A stretch of 64,000 nucleotides of DNA from Convolutriloba macropyga. Lineage: Eukaryota. Location: positions 77,438,001-77,502,000 of the forward strand of contig NC_134469.1 of assembly GCF_964194025.1 (NCBI RefSeq), in the 5' to 3' direction. This document shows, in pieces, positions 47,468 to 60,693 of the stretch (position 1 is the first letter of the stretch; each line of letters opens with the position of its first letter). Below the pieces are notes generated by a model that was not told where the DNA came from, ran no database searches, and saw only the letters and a program-made list of their open reading frames with translations. The position numbers were made by a program, and so were the translations under genes.

Positions 47468-50400
47468 TGAAAATTTCACTTTGGTAAAAAAAAAGAAACC
47501 ACGACAATCCTTAGTTGACGCGGAATTGTTGCAAACTAAAAATTTTACATATAGTAAACTGGATCTTTTCCGGTTATGATCCCCCCCCCCACATTAGTGG
47601 GCGCATATTATTTGCACACCCCAGAATCACATGCAATATTTTTCTATAATGATTTACTATGTAGTTGAATGTGCTCTGTAACTGGGGGTTCAAAACGTAC
47701 TGGAGGGGGGGGGGAGGGGGGTTCACAAACCGAAAAATCCATCTAACTCAAACTCATTTATGAAACGTGAAGTAAAATTATGAACCGTTGACTGGGGCTC
47801 TTTCTATATTAATGCTTTGTCTAGCTAACTTGTTTCCATTGTATCTCAAATCAAAATTGATTTTCCCGCAGCTGCTAAGAAATATGTCTGCAACAGTAGA
47901 TTATCAGATTACATTTATTATTTCATAGCAATTGTATGCGTGAAAAATTTGCCAGACGATTGTTGTCGACATCAAAATGTTTTCAAAATTCTATCTGAAA
48001 TCATTGTGTTGAACAACTTCAATCAGGTGATAATGAACTTGTTTCACTGTTTATAATCAGCCGTCGTTTCAATATCAGTAGATGCATAACTTAAACCACT
48101 GTGCAGTTGAAAAGACAAATTTTCTTCAATCTGTTCTCGCTACACTTCTTATAGAAACAGTGGCGATAAAACAATGGCAAAATTTTCTAGATTCGGTACT
48201 CTAGTTTCAAAAACTAGCGTTTCAACTTACATTTCAATATCTTCTCATTGATTGAGGATGTTATTTTTGCAGAAAACTGAAGAAAGATAAATCATACAGC
48301 AAATAAATGGAAATTGTTCGAATTTTTTTGTTTTAGAGTAAACAGAGGACAATTTTTAATCGCTGGAATAGATGAAAAAGTAAAAAATAAATATTTCACT
48401 TTAAATCCAATAAATTGGGTATTTTTAATAAATTTATTTTCACTGATAAGATGTGAAAAAATTATTGCTGCAAAAGGAAAATTTAAATGCGCTTAATCTT
48501 TTTACACGAGAACAAATTCTGTAAAATCTATTGTTACATTAAGGTTTTTGATGCTGAGCAACAAATGTTTCCCAAAATCTTATGTGTTTTGATTTATTCT
48601 TTCATTTATTCTGGCTTCTAGTTTTTGGCGGCAAAAACAGGAATAGCTTAGGAGGAATCCGCTTGAAAAATTTGAAAAGAGTATATTTGGTTTAAAATAG
48701 AGATCCATCGTTGTTGGTCACTCTGATATTATGAAGCTGTCGACAAAAATAAAATGCTTTTGACACCAATAAATGAACTTAATATGACTGATAATTTGTT
48801 GGCAAAGTTTGCAAATGATTTTGAACTTGTCATTTTACGTTGCATAAAAACTGTTTAAATAAGACCAATTGTTAGATATATACAGTGTTTTTATTGCTTT
48901 TAAAAAGATATAGCATTTGAGAATTTGTTGTCGATTTCTTTGTAGTCTTCAATTTTTAATACTGAAAGGTGTTGACAAAAAACATCGGTAGACTGGGTCA
49001 AATTATGTAAGTTTAATAGAGCACACAAGTGCTTTTTATTCTCCTTAACTAGCAAAATTGAAACATACAACTTAGATTCTTGCAAAACAGTTTGTTCAGT
49101 TCTAACAATGTATTCTGTTGCAGCAAACTGAAAGCCAAATCCAATCAGTAAATGGAATAAGATCTTTATCTGACTAAATGATTTGGATATAATTTGAAAA
49201 CCCGACCCGATTTGTTTTTGTGGAAACAACAGAAACATACGTTACGCAAATCACAATTTTATTTATAAATCCTTGTTAAGTTGATACAAAAAAAGCATTT
49301 TATTGCCTAAAGTCAAATTAAAATGTTGTTGATGAATTAAAGAGACACATAGAAATTATGTTTTTTTTAATGGGTCTCACTGCTACCTATGTTTGAGTAT
49401 AGACCAGAGCAATACTTTTTTTGTTTTATGCTCACTAGTTTTTCCCCTAAAAAAGAGTTATAAAATTTTTTCAAACAGGTGAAATAAAATGGATATTAAC
49501 GGAGCTGAAGAAAGGTCTTTGAAGTTTTTTGGTTAGTTTTGTTTTTCAACTGCTTCACAAAGTGATGAAGGTTTTCAACCATCAAAAGTGGTCACGAACA
49601 GTGACCAGCTATCTTAGGGATGTTCTCAAACACTGACATGATGTTTTGCGATTTGACTCAGCTATTTCTCAAAAAAAATTAAACAAATTAAAATTTATTT
49701 GTAATTTTACTCTCTAATTGTAATGTCCATTTTGTAATCTTTCACTTGCGCTTGGTCATTTACAATATGCCAAAAATTCCAAAAATACGCACATGACTTT
49801 AGAAAATGACCCAATGAGTTATACCTTTTTGCTCTAGAGTGTTATCAGCTCTTGTTATTTCGAAACCAAACATGAGAACAGAAATGCCGAATTTTCCTTT
49901 CAGTTGATCAGTATTTTGCCAAATTTTCTTTTCTTTCAACAGTATATTTTCTTAAAGACAAATACAAAGTGTTTTTAAGACGATTGTTGGGTCAAACATA
50001 AAATAAACATACTGCTTCTTTTGGCAAAAGCCTTTCCAAAAGACAATTTCATTCCGATTTTTTATTCTCATTTTGTGACAATATTGAAAACCGAAGAATG
50101 ATTTTTGATATCTCCATATTTCCTTAAATTTCCAAAGAGCTAGAAATTATGTATTCGTTGTTATTCAACGTCTCCAGTTTTTTTTAAACTTGTAGTCTGA
50201 TTTGTTTCACCCTTGTCGTATTTCAATAGTTCTGACGTTATGTTTTTTAAGCGGCCGGAGTTGGAAGCGTTAATTTTTAAACAGATATATTTTCGAATGA
50301 GAAATTGTACATATTTACTCGCGGATCACTATAATGTAATTTTTATTGATAAAAGATATGATCATATTCTAACTAACGGAGCAACTCGACTTTATTTTGC

Positions 50401-50887
50401 CTAGGTAAAAAACTAGTTTAATTATGGACTTCTGGTAACAGTTGATGGCATTATTTTATAATTTTTATTATTTTATCAAGTGTTAACTCCTGCTCAATTT
50501 GGGTTTGTGCTGCCACATAGTATACGCGTTTTACAACCTGGTTCTAGAAAACTAAGCTAATTTGTGGATTATTTTTGGATTTCAAGCAAGTACCTTCAGG
50601 AAAAATTCAATTGGTTTAATATGTTACAATAATTGTTTTTAAGTGATAGGAAATTCTGGAAACATTAATACTTTAAAGAAATGACCCTTTCAACAATCGT
50701 GAGCTTGCCTATGTCACCTATCGACAAATCTCCATCCCTATCTGAGCTAAACTCTCGAAAAATTCTAATGTAACGCAGTCTCGGGAAATTCTAACGTCTC
50801 GAGAATTTCTAACGTTACTTTTCTTGTAATGCAGAGAAGTTTATTATATATCCAATTTTTCCTCAAAGAACTCAATTGTTCTCGCTA

Positions 50888-51172
50888 CTCACCAAAAAAC
50901 GGTCAGTTAACATTACCTGAACCGTGTTCACATAGTCGGAAAATCAGGTGAATTTTAGGTAAACAGGCACGTTAATTATAGTATATATAGTGTATATAAA
51001 ATTTATAATTCAGGTAAAAGTTCAAGCAGTGATACCTGAAACTTTCAGGTAAAGTTCACGTATTAGTCAGGTACGTTAAGGTGAAGTTCAGGTGAGTCAA
51101 ATTGGCCTGAACTGTTCAGATAAGTTCAGTTGTTTTTTTTTCAGGTAAATTTATCTGAATCTTTTTAATGTG
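50888..51172. mobile_element. MITE-like element with imperfect TIRs and internal TTCAGGT/ACCTGAA repeats
   Basis: Left end TACTCACCAAAAAACGGTCAGTTAACATTACCTGA resembles the reverse complement of the right end, TACACATTAAAAAGATTCAGATAAATTTACCTGA. About ten CAGGT/ACCTG motifs inside; TA on both flanks. Confidence 0.5.
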
Positions 51173-51397
51173 TATTTTCTATTTCAATGAGAAAGACTCT
51201 TGCATGGGCAAAAATTAACGGTATTGGAAATTCGATTTTTTTAAGCAAACCGACTGTTTTATGACCGTCCATAAGTTCAGCGACTTTTGATTTTGATTTC
51301 CTTCACTTTTTGTGCTTGCGTGCCGTGCTACTCTTAGGCTATTGCTGCCCTTTGTATATGCTTAAAAAATAATATTTTTCCAGTCTTTTACATTTGA

Positions 51398-51535
51398 AAG
51401 AATCTTACAAGATAACCATCTGTCTTATAAGAATCTTAGAAGATAAACATCAATCTTACAAGATCTTACAAGATAATTATTTTTGCAAGAATATTGTAAG
51501 ATCTTACAAGATAACCATCCAGTATCGCTAGGGTC
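51398..51535. repeat. Short ATCTTACAAGATAA-type repeat cluster (MITE-like remnant)
   Basis: Repeated ATCTTACAAGA(TAA); related TCTTGCAAGA clusters at ~61365-61510 and ~62830-62915. Confidence 0.55.
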
Positions 51536-53244
51536 AGCAGATATAATTAATACGCAGTCCAGATCAATTAAAATTACTATAATTGGAATACCGGACTGCT
51601 CAACTCAATGCTTTTCATGTGCTGTGGGCTTCAATTCCAAAATTTCAGGCAGCGTGTCACGGACAGCAATTTGGAATCGATTTTCTATTTTCAACGCGGC
51701 TGAATGTCGTAGCAGTTTTTAATTGATTTTTTTTCGAGTGATGGCTATTTAATTCTTTTAATTCTAAATAACGAACAGATGGGTTTGTTTAATAACCAAT
51801 ATAAACTCACCGACTGCTTATGGATAAATTTTGTCGCACAGACGAGGCAAACAAGAAGGTTTAAATAGGACAAACCAGTGGTGTTAATCAAATAATCGGG
51901 TGCAACATATAAATTCGTTTAGTAGAGTGTCTAATGTATTTGATGGGTTCTCTTTTTTTCTATTTCTCTGAAATTTTTCTGTGTAGCCCAAAAAAATCAG
52001 AGGCTCGCTTCAAACGACACTCTTTTTTCAAAGTCCTGATTATTGGCGATTTTTCAAGTATGGTCTTTTTATTATTCTGATTGAGCTTGAGTCTTTATCA
52101 TACAACGTTTCGCTCTTCTGGGCTCTCTTCAAAACGTGAACAAGCTAAAGTCTGGAGCATATTCCATTTCGACCTGGATGGGTCTTTTCATAGGGACGTT
52201 TGAACGACCTGGAGGTTCGTGGCAGAGCAAATCAGCGCTGAATCAGTCTACAGACGTTCTGTTTTTTTAGGATTGCCAGTACTCTGTTCATGTCACAATT
52301 TTCACTGGCCAGTCTTGATTATTGATTAATTTTTACTGCATGAAAATAATATGTTCAGCTTTACGCCCGCCAACAACGTTGGCTTTTTATGAGATTCAAA
52401 CTTCCGCATGGGCATTTGTAAAATTTAATTTGCATAGCAAGTCATAACCACGAAGCTTATTGAGCTTTGTAGTAGTTGCCTACAGACTAGCTTAGGTATA
52501 AATAGAGTGCATACTACTATAGTAATTACATTTATAAGCTACAAAAGCATGTAATTATTCTGCTCAGACTTAATTTTGCAGTAACTTTCAGACTATAAGA
52601 GATAAGATTACGTACAACTATGCTGACGTAATACTATGCTGACGTTTAAGAGTGTCGAAAACATGAAAACAGTTTTTCTGTGAATTCAAGCAAGAGCATC
52701 TTAAGTAAATTAAAAAACTTTCAGGGTACTTTGATCAGATGTTCGGTTGTGATAGATTCATATCAAGTCCCACCGGCCGCTGAGGCATGGCCATTGCCCG
52801 CAGTTACTATTGTTTACTTAATGTTTGTCTTTCTGCAGTATTCTTTTACTAATAAACAATAAATTTTATAAGAATGCCGAAATTGGTTCCCGATTAAGAT
52901 TGGCCGATAATTTTTTGCGTCGTCATCTCCGTAAAATGGCGTGATTGGTTAAGAAATTTATCAAGATAAACATTGAATAAATTTTCGGCACTCTTATAAT
53001 CGGCAGAGTAATACGTGGGCATAGTTGTCGTCACCACACGATAAGTTTAGCCTTGGCGAATTCTATGGCTTCAATATAATCATAATGAAAATATCCTGCA
53101 CATAAAGGAACTTAAAATTTTATGGAGATGCAATGTTTCAGAACTGAATAAAATTTTTTGCTCTTGAAATGTGCTGGTTAAGCGCTGAAATGCTCTGAGT
53201 CTCAAGTCCAGGGAGCACATGGGCGCACCAGAATTTTGAACGAG

Positions 53245-53632
53245 CCAAAGTCTGGACAATAAGTGATTTAGGTCTGCCTGGATACCTACCTGGATACCTG
53301 CCTAATCAAAGGTTTGAGAGCTTCGTTTTAGAAAGACGTCTAATATTGTTATAAAACGAAAAATTTAATTGTAATTGTAGCTGCTAATGCCTGGAACTGG
53401 TTAGCTTAGGTTTCCTAACTGGTTATAAAATGAATGATTATGTATTTATTATTAAGTCTGGATCAAACGTGATTTTGGTCTGCCGGGATATTTTCCTAAT
53501 CAAAGGTCTATTTTACAAAAAAAGATGTCTTATACGCAAAAACGCATTAAATTTTAGTTGTAGCTGGTAATATCGAACTGGTTAGCTTAGCTTTCGCTAA
53601 CTGGTTATAAAACAAGTGCTTATGTATTCATA
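53245..53632. repeat. Diverged ~200-bp tandem duplication upstream of the LRR gene
   Basis: GTGATTT.GGTCTGCC.GGATA...CCTAATCAAAGGT...GAACTGGTTAGCTTAG..TT..CTAACTGGTTATAAAA occurs twice. Confidence 0.8.
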
Positions 53633-54204
53633 TAATCTCGGGTGAATGAAAAAACGTAATAACAGGTTAGCTTGCGCACGTGAACAGCGAATAAGTGAAC
53701 AAATAAGCACAATCGTACTATACCTTTGAAACGCATAAGATAAACATTGTGATTACCAAATTTTAAAACGCTACAATTTGATGAACAAAAATCTTAACGT
53801 TGATTTGAAAGCTTTACACGTTTATCTTCTTATCATTATGAGAAATTTTGAACAGTCAATAAAATTCGCATCCTAAAGAATTTCTGAAAACTGAATTTAA
53901 CTCTGTTTTCCTTATTTTTTAATCTAAGTCATAGTCAGACAAAATATCGCCATTTTCTAAACCTTCCAAATAAATGTTTATAAGGGTCGTTACTAAACAT
54001 TTAAATTGTTCTTTCTTTTAAGGTTTTCAATATTATCGTGACGTAGTTTATCACTTTTAAACGAATTAATAGTTATTAAAGATTAACAAAAACTTGTCCA
54101 AAATTTTCCTTTTCCCAAATTCCCGATCCCACTTTACCCCCGAAAGCTCCACAACCGACTGAAGTTAAAGCTTATCTTCCAGATTCAATTAACAAAATTT
54201 CCCA

Positions 54205-54435
54205 ATGCCCAAAAAGGGTGGAAAGAAGGGTGGGAAGAAAGGGAAGAAGGGTGGCAAAAAGAAGGGGGCAGCCGGGGGAGGGGTCCAGATAGAGATCAGG
54301 GAGCCACCAGAGGATGCAGTAAGAAGATTGATGAAGACATACGACAGACTGAACAAAGATGAAAACAGAAGAGTCTGCACTGACTTGAAGAGGGCAATGC
54401 AACACGCAATTGATCACGAGCAACTTTTAACCCGG
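54205..54435 (+). CDS. Exon 1 of RNI-like leucine-rich-repeat protein with a Lys/Gly-rich N-terminus
   Basis: ATG start MPKKGGKKGGKKGKKGGKKK; phase-0 donor CGG|GTTTGG at 54436. Confidence 0.75.
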
Positions 54436-54915
54436 GTTTGGATTGTTTTATGACGCCGCAAAACATATACAAAAACCAGCAATTTTGCTTGATTTTGTTG
54501 GAGTTTTCCACGGCCCATATGTCTTAAGATTAGTGTTATAAGCGAGTGTGAAAAAGTAAATGCAAAGATAGTAAAGCTAATTTAGTTCAAATTTGAGAAA
54601 GTGTGTTGTTTGTGCGCGATTTGTGTTTTTGAGCTATTGTCCAGCGACTTTTGACGGTCGGATCAAATCCGCCGAAAAGGCCAATTGTACGTTTTGCGGC
54701 GTAATATACTTTATGCAAACTCATAGTGGTCGGTACTGAATGATAGAAGGGCCGGGTGGGTGGTGTCTCTGTGGGACAGTTAATGATTATTGTGAGCACT
54801 CAAAATTTCTGTCAAATAAGTGAGTGGTTTTTTTTCAGTTAATTTGTTACAAAATGTTAGAAAACTCTGGCGCTCAATATAATCTAGTTGAAGTGTTGCT
54901 TTATGTGTATTGCAG

Positions 54916-55095
54916 ATGATTTTGCATCCGGTGACTGTGAAGATTCCGAAGAAGCAAATGACGGAAAGCTTCGTGGTTCCAGAACAAGTCAACCTGCAGA
55001 TATTCCTCAAGGCTCTCAACGACTCCTCCTACGTCTACTTCAAAGACCTCATCTGCTGGGATCTGAACTTAGATTACTTGGAATTTACCAAGCTA
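54916..55095 (+). CDS. Exon 2 of the LRR protein
   Basis: Acceptor TATTGCAG|ATG; 180 bp; FKDLICWDLNL LRR-like unit; phase-0 donor CTA|GTACGC. Confidence 0.75.
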
Positions 55096-56098
55096 GTACG
55101 CAGAATTAAATCTATCTCTTTGTCCTCAGGGTTCATTCTTGTACGTGTACAATAATATAATTCGCGCTAAGTCACAGATCAAGGTTACTTGATGAAAAGA
55201 GTCTATTCAAATTACTTAATAAAGCCAGTCTGTGAGTCAGACTTGGTTTTATATAATAAGATTACATGGTCAATACTAATCATTAGTTTGGTCACAATTG
55301 AAACAAAACTAATGATGAAACAAAACTGATCTCTCGTAAGCAGGCAAGATCAGGTTATTAATTTCTTGAAAAGTTCTTAGAAATGCTTTCAAACTATATA
55401 TGAACCCACGCCCAACTTCTAAATGCATTGTTTAAAAAACCGAATTAAACCTAACTGCCATTAGATTTAGTTAAAATTAAATAAGGGGGGGGCACAATTT
55501 TTCTTCTGTTAAAAATTTGATTCAGGTGTGAACACAACGGAATTCAATTTCAAGTCCACTTCTTTTTCACGTTTTTTCCACTCCAATTCTGCCCATAACC
55601 GCTAAATAGGAGGGAGCTATCTTTCCGTTTCTACATCACTTTTGTGTTAATTTTTCGGCATTAATTATAATTATTTCTACTTCAATATCAAAGAAGCGAA
55701 AACCTGAAATTCTAAGCTTCATTTTTCAGATTAACTTTTTGATTTTAACCTTTCTCAATCGAACTGAATTCCAACTTTTAATGTCAAATTTTTTTCTATG
55801 CCAACCTGTTTAATCAGATCTTTCAGCCCTATTACACTCTATATTCAATCCACGCTATTGCTTCAGTTATTACCCGGGTCGAAGTTTTGCAGAAAAATAT
55901 TGCATTTTTGTAAATTTTTGCATTATTTGCGGGCTTTAGCAAAAAAGTTCACCAATAAAAACCGCTAATCTTACAAAATTTCTGCGTTAAAAATCGTAGT
56001 TCTTGCAACCATTCACCGCATTTACCCTAATTCTTACACTTTTCAGCAATATTTAGCGTTGACACCTTGACTCGAGTATGCGGGTGATGTTGCTTCAG

Positions 56099-56244
56099 TG
56101 TCTGATGCTGGAGAGACAGAAGAAGTACCGCTACCTGAGACAGATAGAGCTGTGGAATTGTTCACTCTCACCAAAGAGTGCTGTCAGGTTCTCAGAGTGT
56201 CTGCCTACAACTCAACTAACATGGCTTACACTGGATGACAATGA
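56099..56244 (+). CDS. Exon 3 of the LRR protein (gene probably continues beyond the window)
   Basis: Acceptor GCTTCAG|TGT; LRQIELWNCSL and LTWLTLDDN fit LxxLxLxxN/C repeats; donor GA|GTTAGT at 56245. Confidence 0.75.
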
Positions 56245-56369
56245 GTTAGTCAAGAGCCCTTTTGTCACATTTGACGCAAAATTGTATCCGGGTACCCAAA
56301 TTGAAGTCCAAGTTGAAATGATAAATTAAAAGCAGCCGGCAATTCTTCAAAGCTAAAAACTTTGCCACA

Positions 56370-56990
56370 TGTTGGGCTATAGGTTTTCGCATGCAGAATA
56401 AAAGCGTTTTTAACTAAGTAGAAAAATTAATTTCTCAAAATGAGAGAATAACAAGAATGATATTTTACAGTAGAATTTAGTGATTTACAGGAGAGATCTA
56501 ATTATTAGATCAAGATGGTGATTTGATTTTGTGGATGAAAAAAGGCTCAAAAATCAGCTGTATATATACTCATTATCAGTGCAAGAAAGTCAAGATACAA
56601 ATCTAATCTTAGCACCATGATTTACAGTGGGGGTCGCAAGGGTTACCCAATATGGTTTGCTTCTGCAAATTTCCCAGAAATCAGTCGCAGGGGGTACCTT
56701 AGATGGTATACATTTACACTTTTCTAAGAATTCGTTCACATTTCCGGTGGTATCATAATCATTCAATACATGCTGGGAAGATTTTACATCAAATAATCTC
56801 ACTCTAATATTAGTTATCTAGATTCACCAATTTTAACCGAATATTGATTCTAATCACCATTTCTTGACGATTCATTCATATAATTTCTCTGATTAAAATC
56901 AATTTGCTTTTGTCTTTCTAATCTGGTAAGTTAAACTTTCTTTCTAATTCTCACTAAGTTTAAGACTATAGTTTGATCGGTATTCTAACA
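56370..56990 (-). repeat. 3' LTR of the copia element (621 bp)
   Basis: Homologous to 60694-61313; preceded on the minus strand by the PPT. Confidence 0.95.
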
Positions 56991-57000
56991 CCCCCACTCA
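56991..57000 (-). promoter_or_regulatory. Polypurine tract
   Basis: TGAGTGGGGG directly before the TGTTAG of the 3' LTR, overlapping the pol stop codon. Confidence 0.85.
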
Positions 57001-60000
57001 GATTTGAGCTGATTGCGTAGAGTCTGTTCCCATCAAAACTGCTCTGAATGTTTCCATTTTCGGAACGGGTAAGGACTTTGTGAAGATATCCGCTGCCATT
57101 TTGTCTGTAGGAACGTAATGAATTGAAATAGTCCCATCATCCGTCTTGTCCCGAATGAAGTGAAACTTTGGCTCGATGTGCTTGCTCTTCTTGTGCATGA
57201 ATGGGTTTTGGCAAAGTCTGATACAACTTTGGTTGTCTTCTCCAATTTCTATTGGACGTTTCTGTTGGATGCCGAAATCCTCTAGAAGTTGTTCCAGGTA
57301 CAGTGCTTCATGAACTGCTGCTGCCATGCCCTGATATTCTGCTTCTGATGAAGAAAGAGCAACTGTGGCCTGCTTCTAGACACCCCAGCTGAGTGCTGCG
57401 CCACATCCGTTGAGCTTGAAGTAATAGCCTGTTGTTGATTTTCTGTCGTTCACATCTCCAGACCAGTCTGCATCACTTTCCCTCACTAAATCATAACTAG
57501 CATCTTTTGTGTAAGTGAGTTTTAAACCTTTTGAACTTTGAAGATATCGCAGAAGTCGTTTTCCGCATAGCCAGTGTTGATTGGTAGGTGCGTTCATGTG
57601 CCTGTACAGAATGTTGACTGTGAACATGATGTCTGGCCTCGTCTGTTTGGCCAGATAAAGAAGTGATCCAACCAAGCTTCTGTAGATCCTCTGGTCCACT
57701 TCTTCGTCTCCGTTCTGTGCAGTCTGAAGTTTCAAATTCAAATCAGCTGGAATTCTTGAGGCTCTGCATTGATCCAGAAACCAGTGTAGTCTCCCTCTGT
57801 CTTCCATGTGAAATGTTGCCTCTAGTGCCTTCTTGACATCACTGTCATACTTTTTGACGCTACTATGATGTCGTCAACCCAGACCAAGATGAAGATATGA
57901 TCCTCTGCCTCTGATCTTGCGAACAAGCAGTGATCGTTCGTGCTTCTGGTGAACCCTTGTCTCAGTAGGAAGTTTGCCAGTTCATTCATTCTTTGAAGCT
58001 GCGGAGCATTCCTTGCTCGAGTCCCTCGTCTGGGCTCTGCCCTGTCCGGTTGCTCCAGTGCCTCTTCAAAGAAGCCAACTGTCTGTGAGAAGTCCTCCGT
58101 TTCTTCGTCTTCTAGTGACTCAGAGTCTCTGAGACTCCCTCTTGTTGCAGTAGATTCTTCATCCAGTGCTGCTTCCTCAACATCGTTTCTTGAAAGTTCA
58201 CGCTCTCTGCGTCATGCCACTCTTCCTTTATTGCAGTAGATGTGCCGTGCTCCTCTTTGTTGCCATCGTCTTGATGACAATCATCTGGGTGCCAGATTCC
58301 CAGTTGCTGTGACCCCTCATCTAGTAGGTCGGGAATCTCTGTATTGTTAGGGATTGAGCCCACTTCGGACTCCTTATTGATCAAATCTCGAACTGTCACA
58401 ACCTTGCGTGTGTTGGGTACGTACAACAAGTATCTGTTATCTCCTTCAGTGTAACCCTCAAACTTTCCTTCCAGTGCCTTGGGTTCAAGTTTGCTGACAT
58501 CTCTGTCCCGCAAGTTTGCTGACATCTCCTCATAAAGACTGTGCAACCAAAAATAGATAGTTTACTAATTGAAAGCTTAGGTTTTATACCTCGCATCAGC
58601 TTTGCTGGGCATTTTTCTTCTCCTCGTCTCACAACCAAGTTCTTGATCCTTGTTGCGTGAAGAATTGCTGCTCCCCACATCATCTTGGGAAGTCCTGAGT
58701 CAATGAGCAAACATCTTGCCATCTCCAGCAGTGTCCTGTTGCACCTCTCAGCTAACCCATTTTTTTGTGGCGTCTCTGGTATGGTCTTCTCCTGTAGAAT
58801 TCCTGCATCTAAGCAGTATGTGTTGAACTGCTCTGAGAGAAACTCCTTCGCATTGTCTTGTCTCAGCTTCTTGGGCGTCGCCACACTGAGAACAAACTTC
58901 TTCAGGCTGGCCAGTGCTTCACTTTTTGCCTTAAGCAAGTCCACAAACACAAACTTCGTGTACTGGTCTGCAAACACAATGCGGAACCGAAACCCTGACA
59001 GTGACTCTACTCTGAAAGGTCCCTTCACCTCTGTGAACACCCTCTCCAGCTTCTCTTCTGCTTGGGTCTCTGCTACTCTTGGTACTGGAGTCTTTGTGAT
59101 CATGGCCAATACGTACACATTGCATACATCATCGAGTTCCCCCACTGTCTCTGGTTTATTCCTCAACACATCCGCTTGATTCGAATGACCCAATTGTCTG
59201 TGCCACTTCCTTGTACTGTCAAGTTTCACGCTGTTGGAACTCATCTTGAATTCTAGAACGATGCAGGGTAAGTAAAACAAGTTATTTTCTTGCGTTAGTT
59301 TTACTCGAGTTCCCTTCTGGAGTTTCATGCAGCTATTGCCTTACTCGATACTCGCAAGTGAAGCTATGTCCCCACTCTGTGCATCCTGAGACTGATAGGA
59401 GGTTTGAAGAATAGTCCGGCACACACAAAACATCTTTATTTCGCATTGGAATTCCCCTTTGTTTGAGGGTATGCTGATCCTCACACAGCCTCTGCCCACC
59501 ACTCTCACTCTGGAAGCCTCTTCGTTGGGATTTTTGACCACTGATTGAATGAGCAAAAAGTCCAGGAACGCATCGATGTTCGTCACTATGTGATCCGTAC
59601 AAGCACTGTCAACTTGGTGCCTGCTGTCTTCCACTGGGTAAGAGCTGCCCAGTATTCCTCGTCTGGTGAAGCCAATGTTGGACCCATTGCCACTGACACC
59701 TGTTTGCCTCCATCTCTTTGTCTCTTGCATGCCTTGTCTAGGTGACCTTTCTCACCACACTTGCTGCATTGTGCTGTCTCCTTCCTCCTGCAGTCCTTTG
59801 CAAAGTGTCCAGGGATCCCACACACAGAGCAGTTTCCTTTCTTGGGTCCCTTTTTGAAGTCACGCTTCACAGCCAGTGCCACTGAACCACTTTGTCCCTA
59901 GTGCCCCTGTGCTGTGCTCTTATGGAAATTCTGCAGCCTCTTCCTCAACTTTGTGAAGTTCGTTGCCGGGTTAAAACTTTCCTGTATAACAAAACTTTCA

Positions 60001-60563
60001 TACCTCATTGGCAGACCATTGAGGACCAAGGCGTTGAAGAGGGTATCTGAGACTGCTTCCCCTGTTTCTTGTAGCCTTGTGAGCAACTCCTGTCCTCAGA
60101 TGAAGAAGCTATCCAAATCCTCAGCATCCTCGAGCTGCAGTCGAGCAAGCTGTGCCACCAAAGTCACCACTGTCGGCGTCTCCACACTCTGAAATCTCTC
60201 TTGCAAAAGCCTACAAGCCTTTGCTCCATCCTCGATGCCGTCATCTCCCACACAGTCATGTCTCATTGGCATGAGGGTTGTTGCATCTAGAGTCGGTGCC
60301 AGATGGCACCACACATTGTTCCGTTTCTCCTTGATGTCTGCAACTTCCTTCTCATATGCATCCTTCAGCACCTTGTGGTTCTTCTTTTCATCATTGCTTG
60401 CCCCATTAGCTAGTGATGCAGGCTCGTTGATTTGCTCCTCTGTTCCAAGTAGTGATTTGTAGAGTCCCTTCGTCTGCATCATTGTCACAAATCTTGTGCT
60501 CCAGATTGGAAAGTCTTGTGCCTTTTCTGTGCGTGTCAGCGGCTTCACTGTCTATTGATCCAT
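56998..60563 (-). pseudogene. Copia gag-pol, frameshifted, N-terminal part of RT deleted
   Basis: ATG at 60563 is followed by an early TAG. Fragments at 60096-60548, 59898-60086, 59586-59882, 59341-59730, 58396-59328, 57376-57807 and 56998-57327. Confidence 0.92.
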
Positions 60564-60677
60564 CGTAGTTTGAGCAGGCAAAACAGTTGTGAAAAGAAAA
60601 GGTACTAAGCAGAAAAGGATTATGATTGTCAAACAAATTAGTTTTGTTTTAGAAATTAGTTTTAAGACTTAGAAAAT

Positions 60678-60693
60678 TGCTGGGCCCATAACC
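60678..60693 (-). promoter_or_regulatory. Primer-binding site complementary to the internal (anticodon-arm) region of initiator tRNA-Met
   Basis: Minus strand GGTTATGGGCCCAGCA abuts the 5' LTR. The plus strand TGCTGGGCCCATAACC matches the anticodon-arm segment of metazoan tRNAiMet. Confidence 0.9.

Noticed and set aside
53390-54000. Possible RFX X-box upstream of the LRR gene
   Set aside because: No convincing GTTNCC-N-GGNAAC-type palindrome found.
56590-56802. 70-aa ORF present in both LTRs (also 60914-61126)
   Set aside because: Duplicated only because it lies in the LTRs; non-ATG start and no motif.
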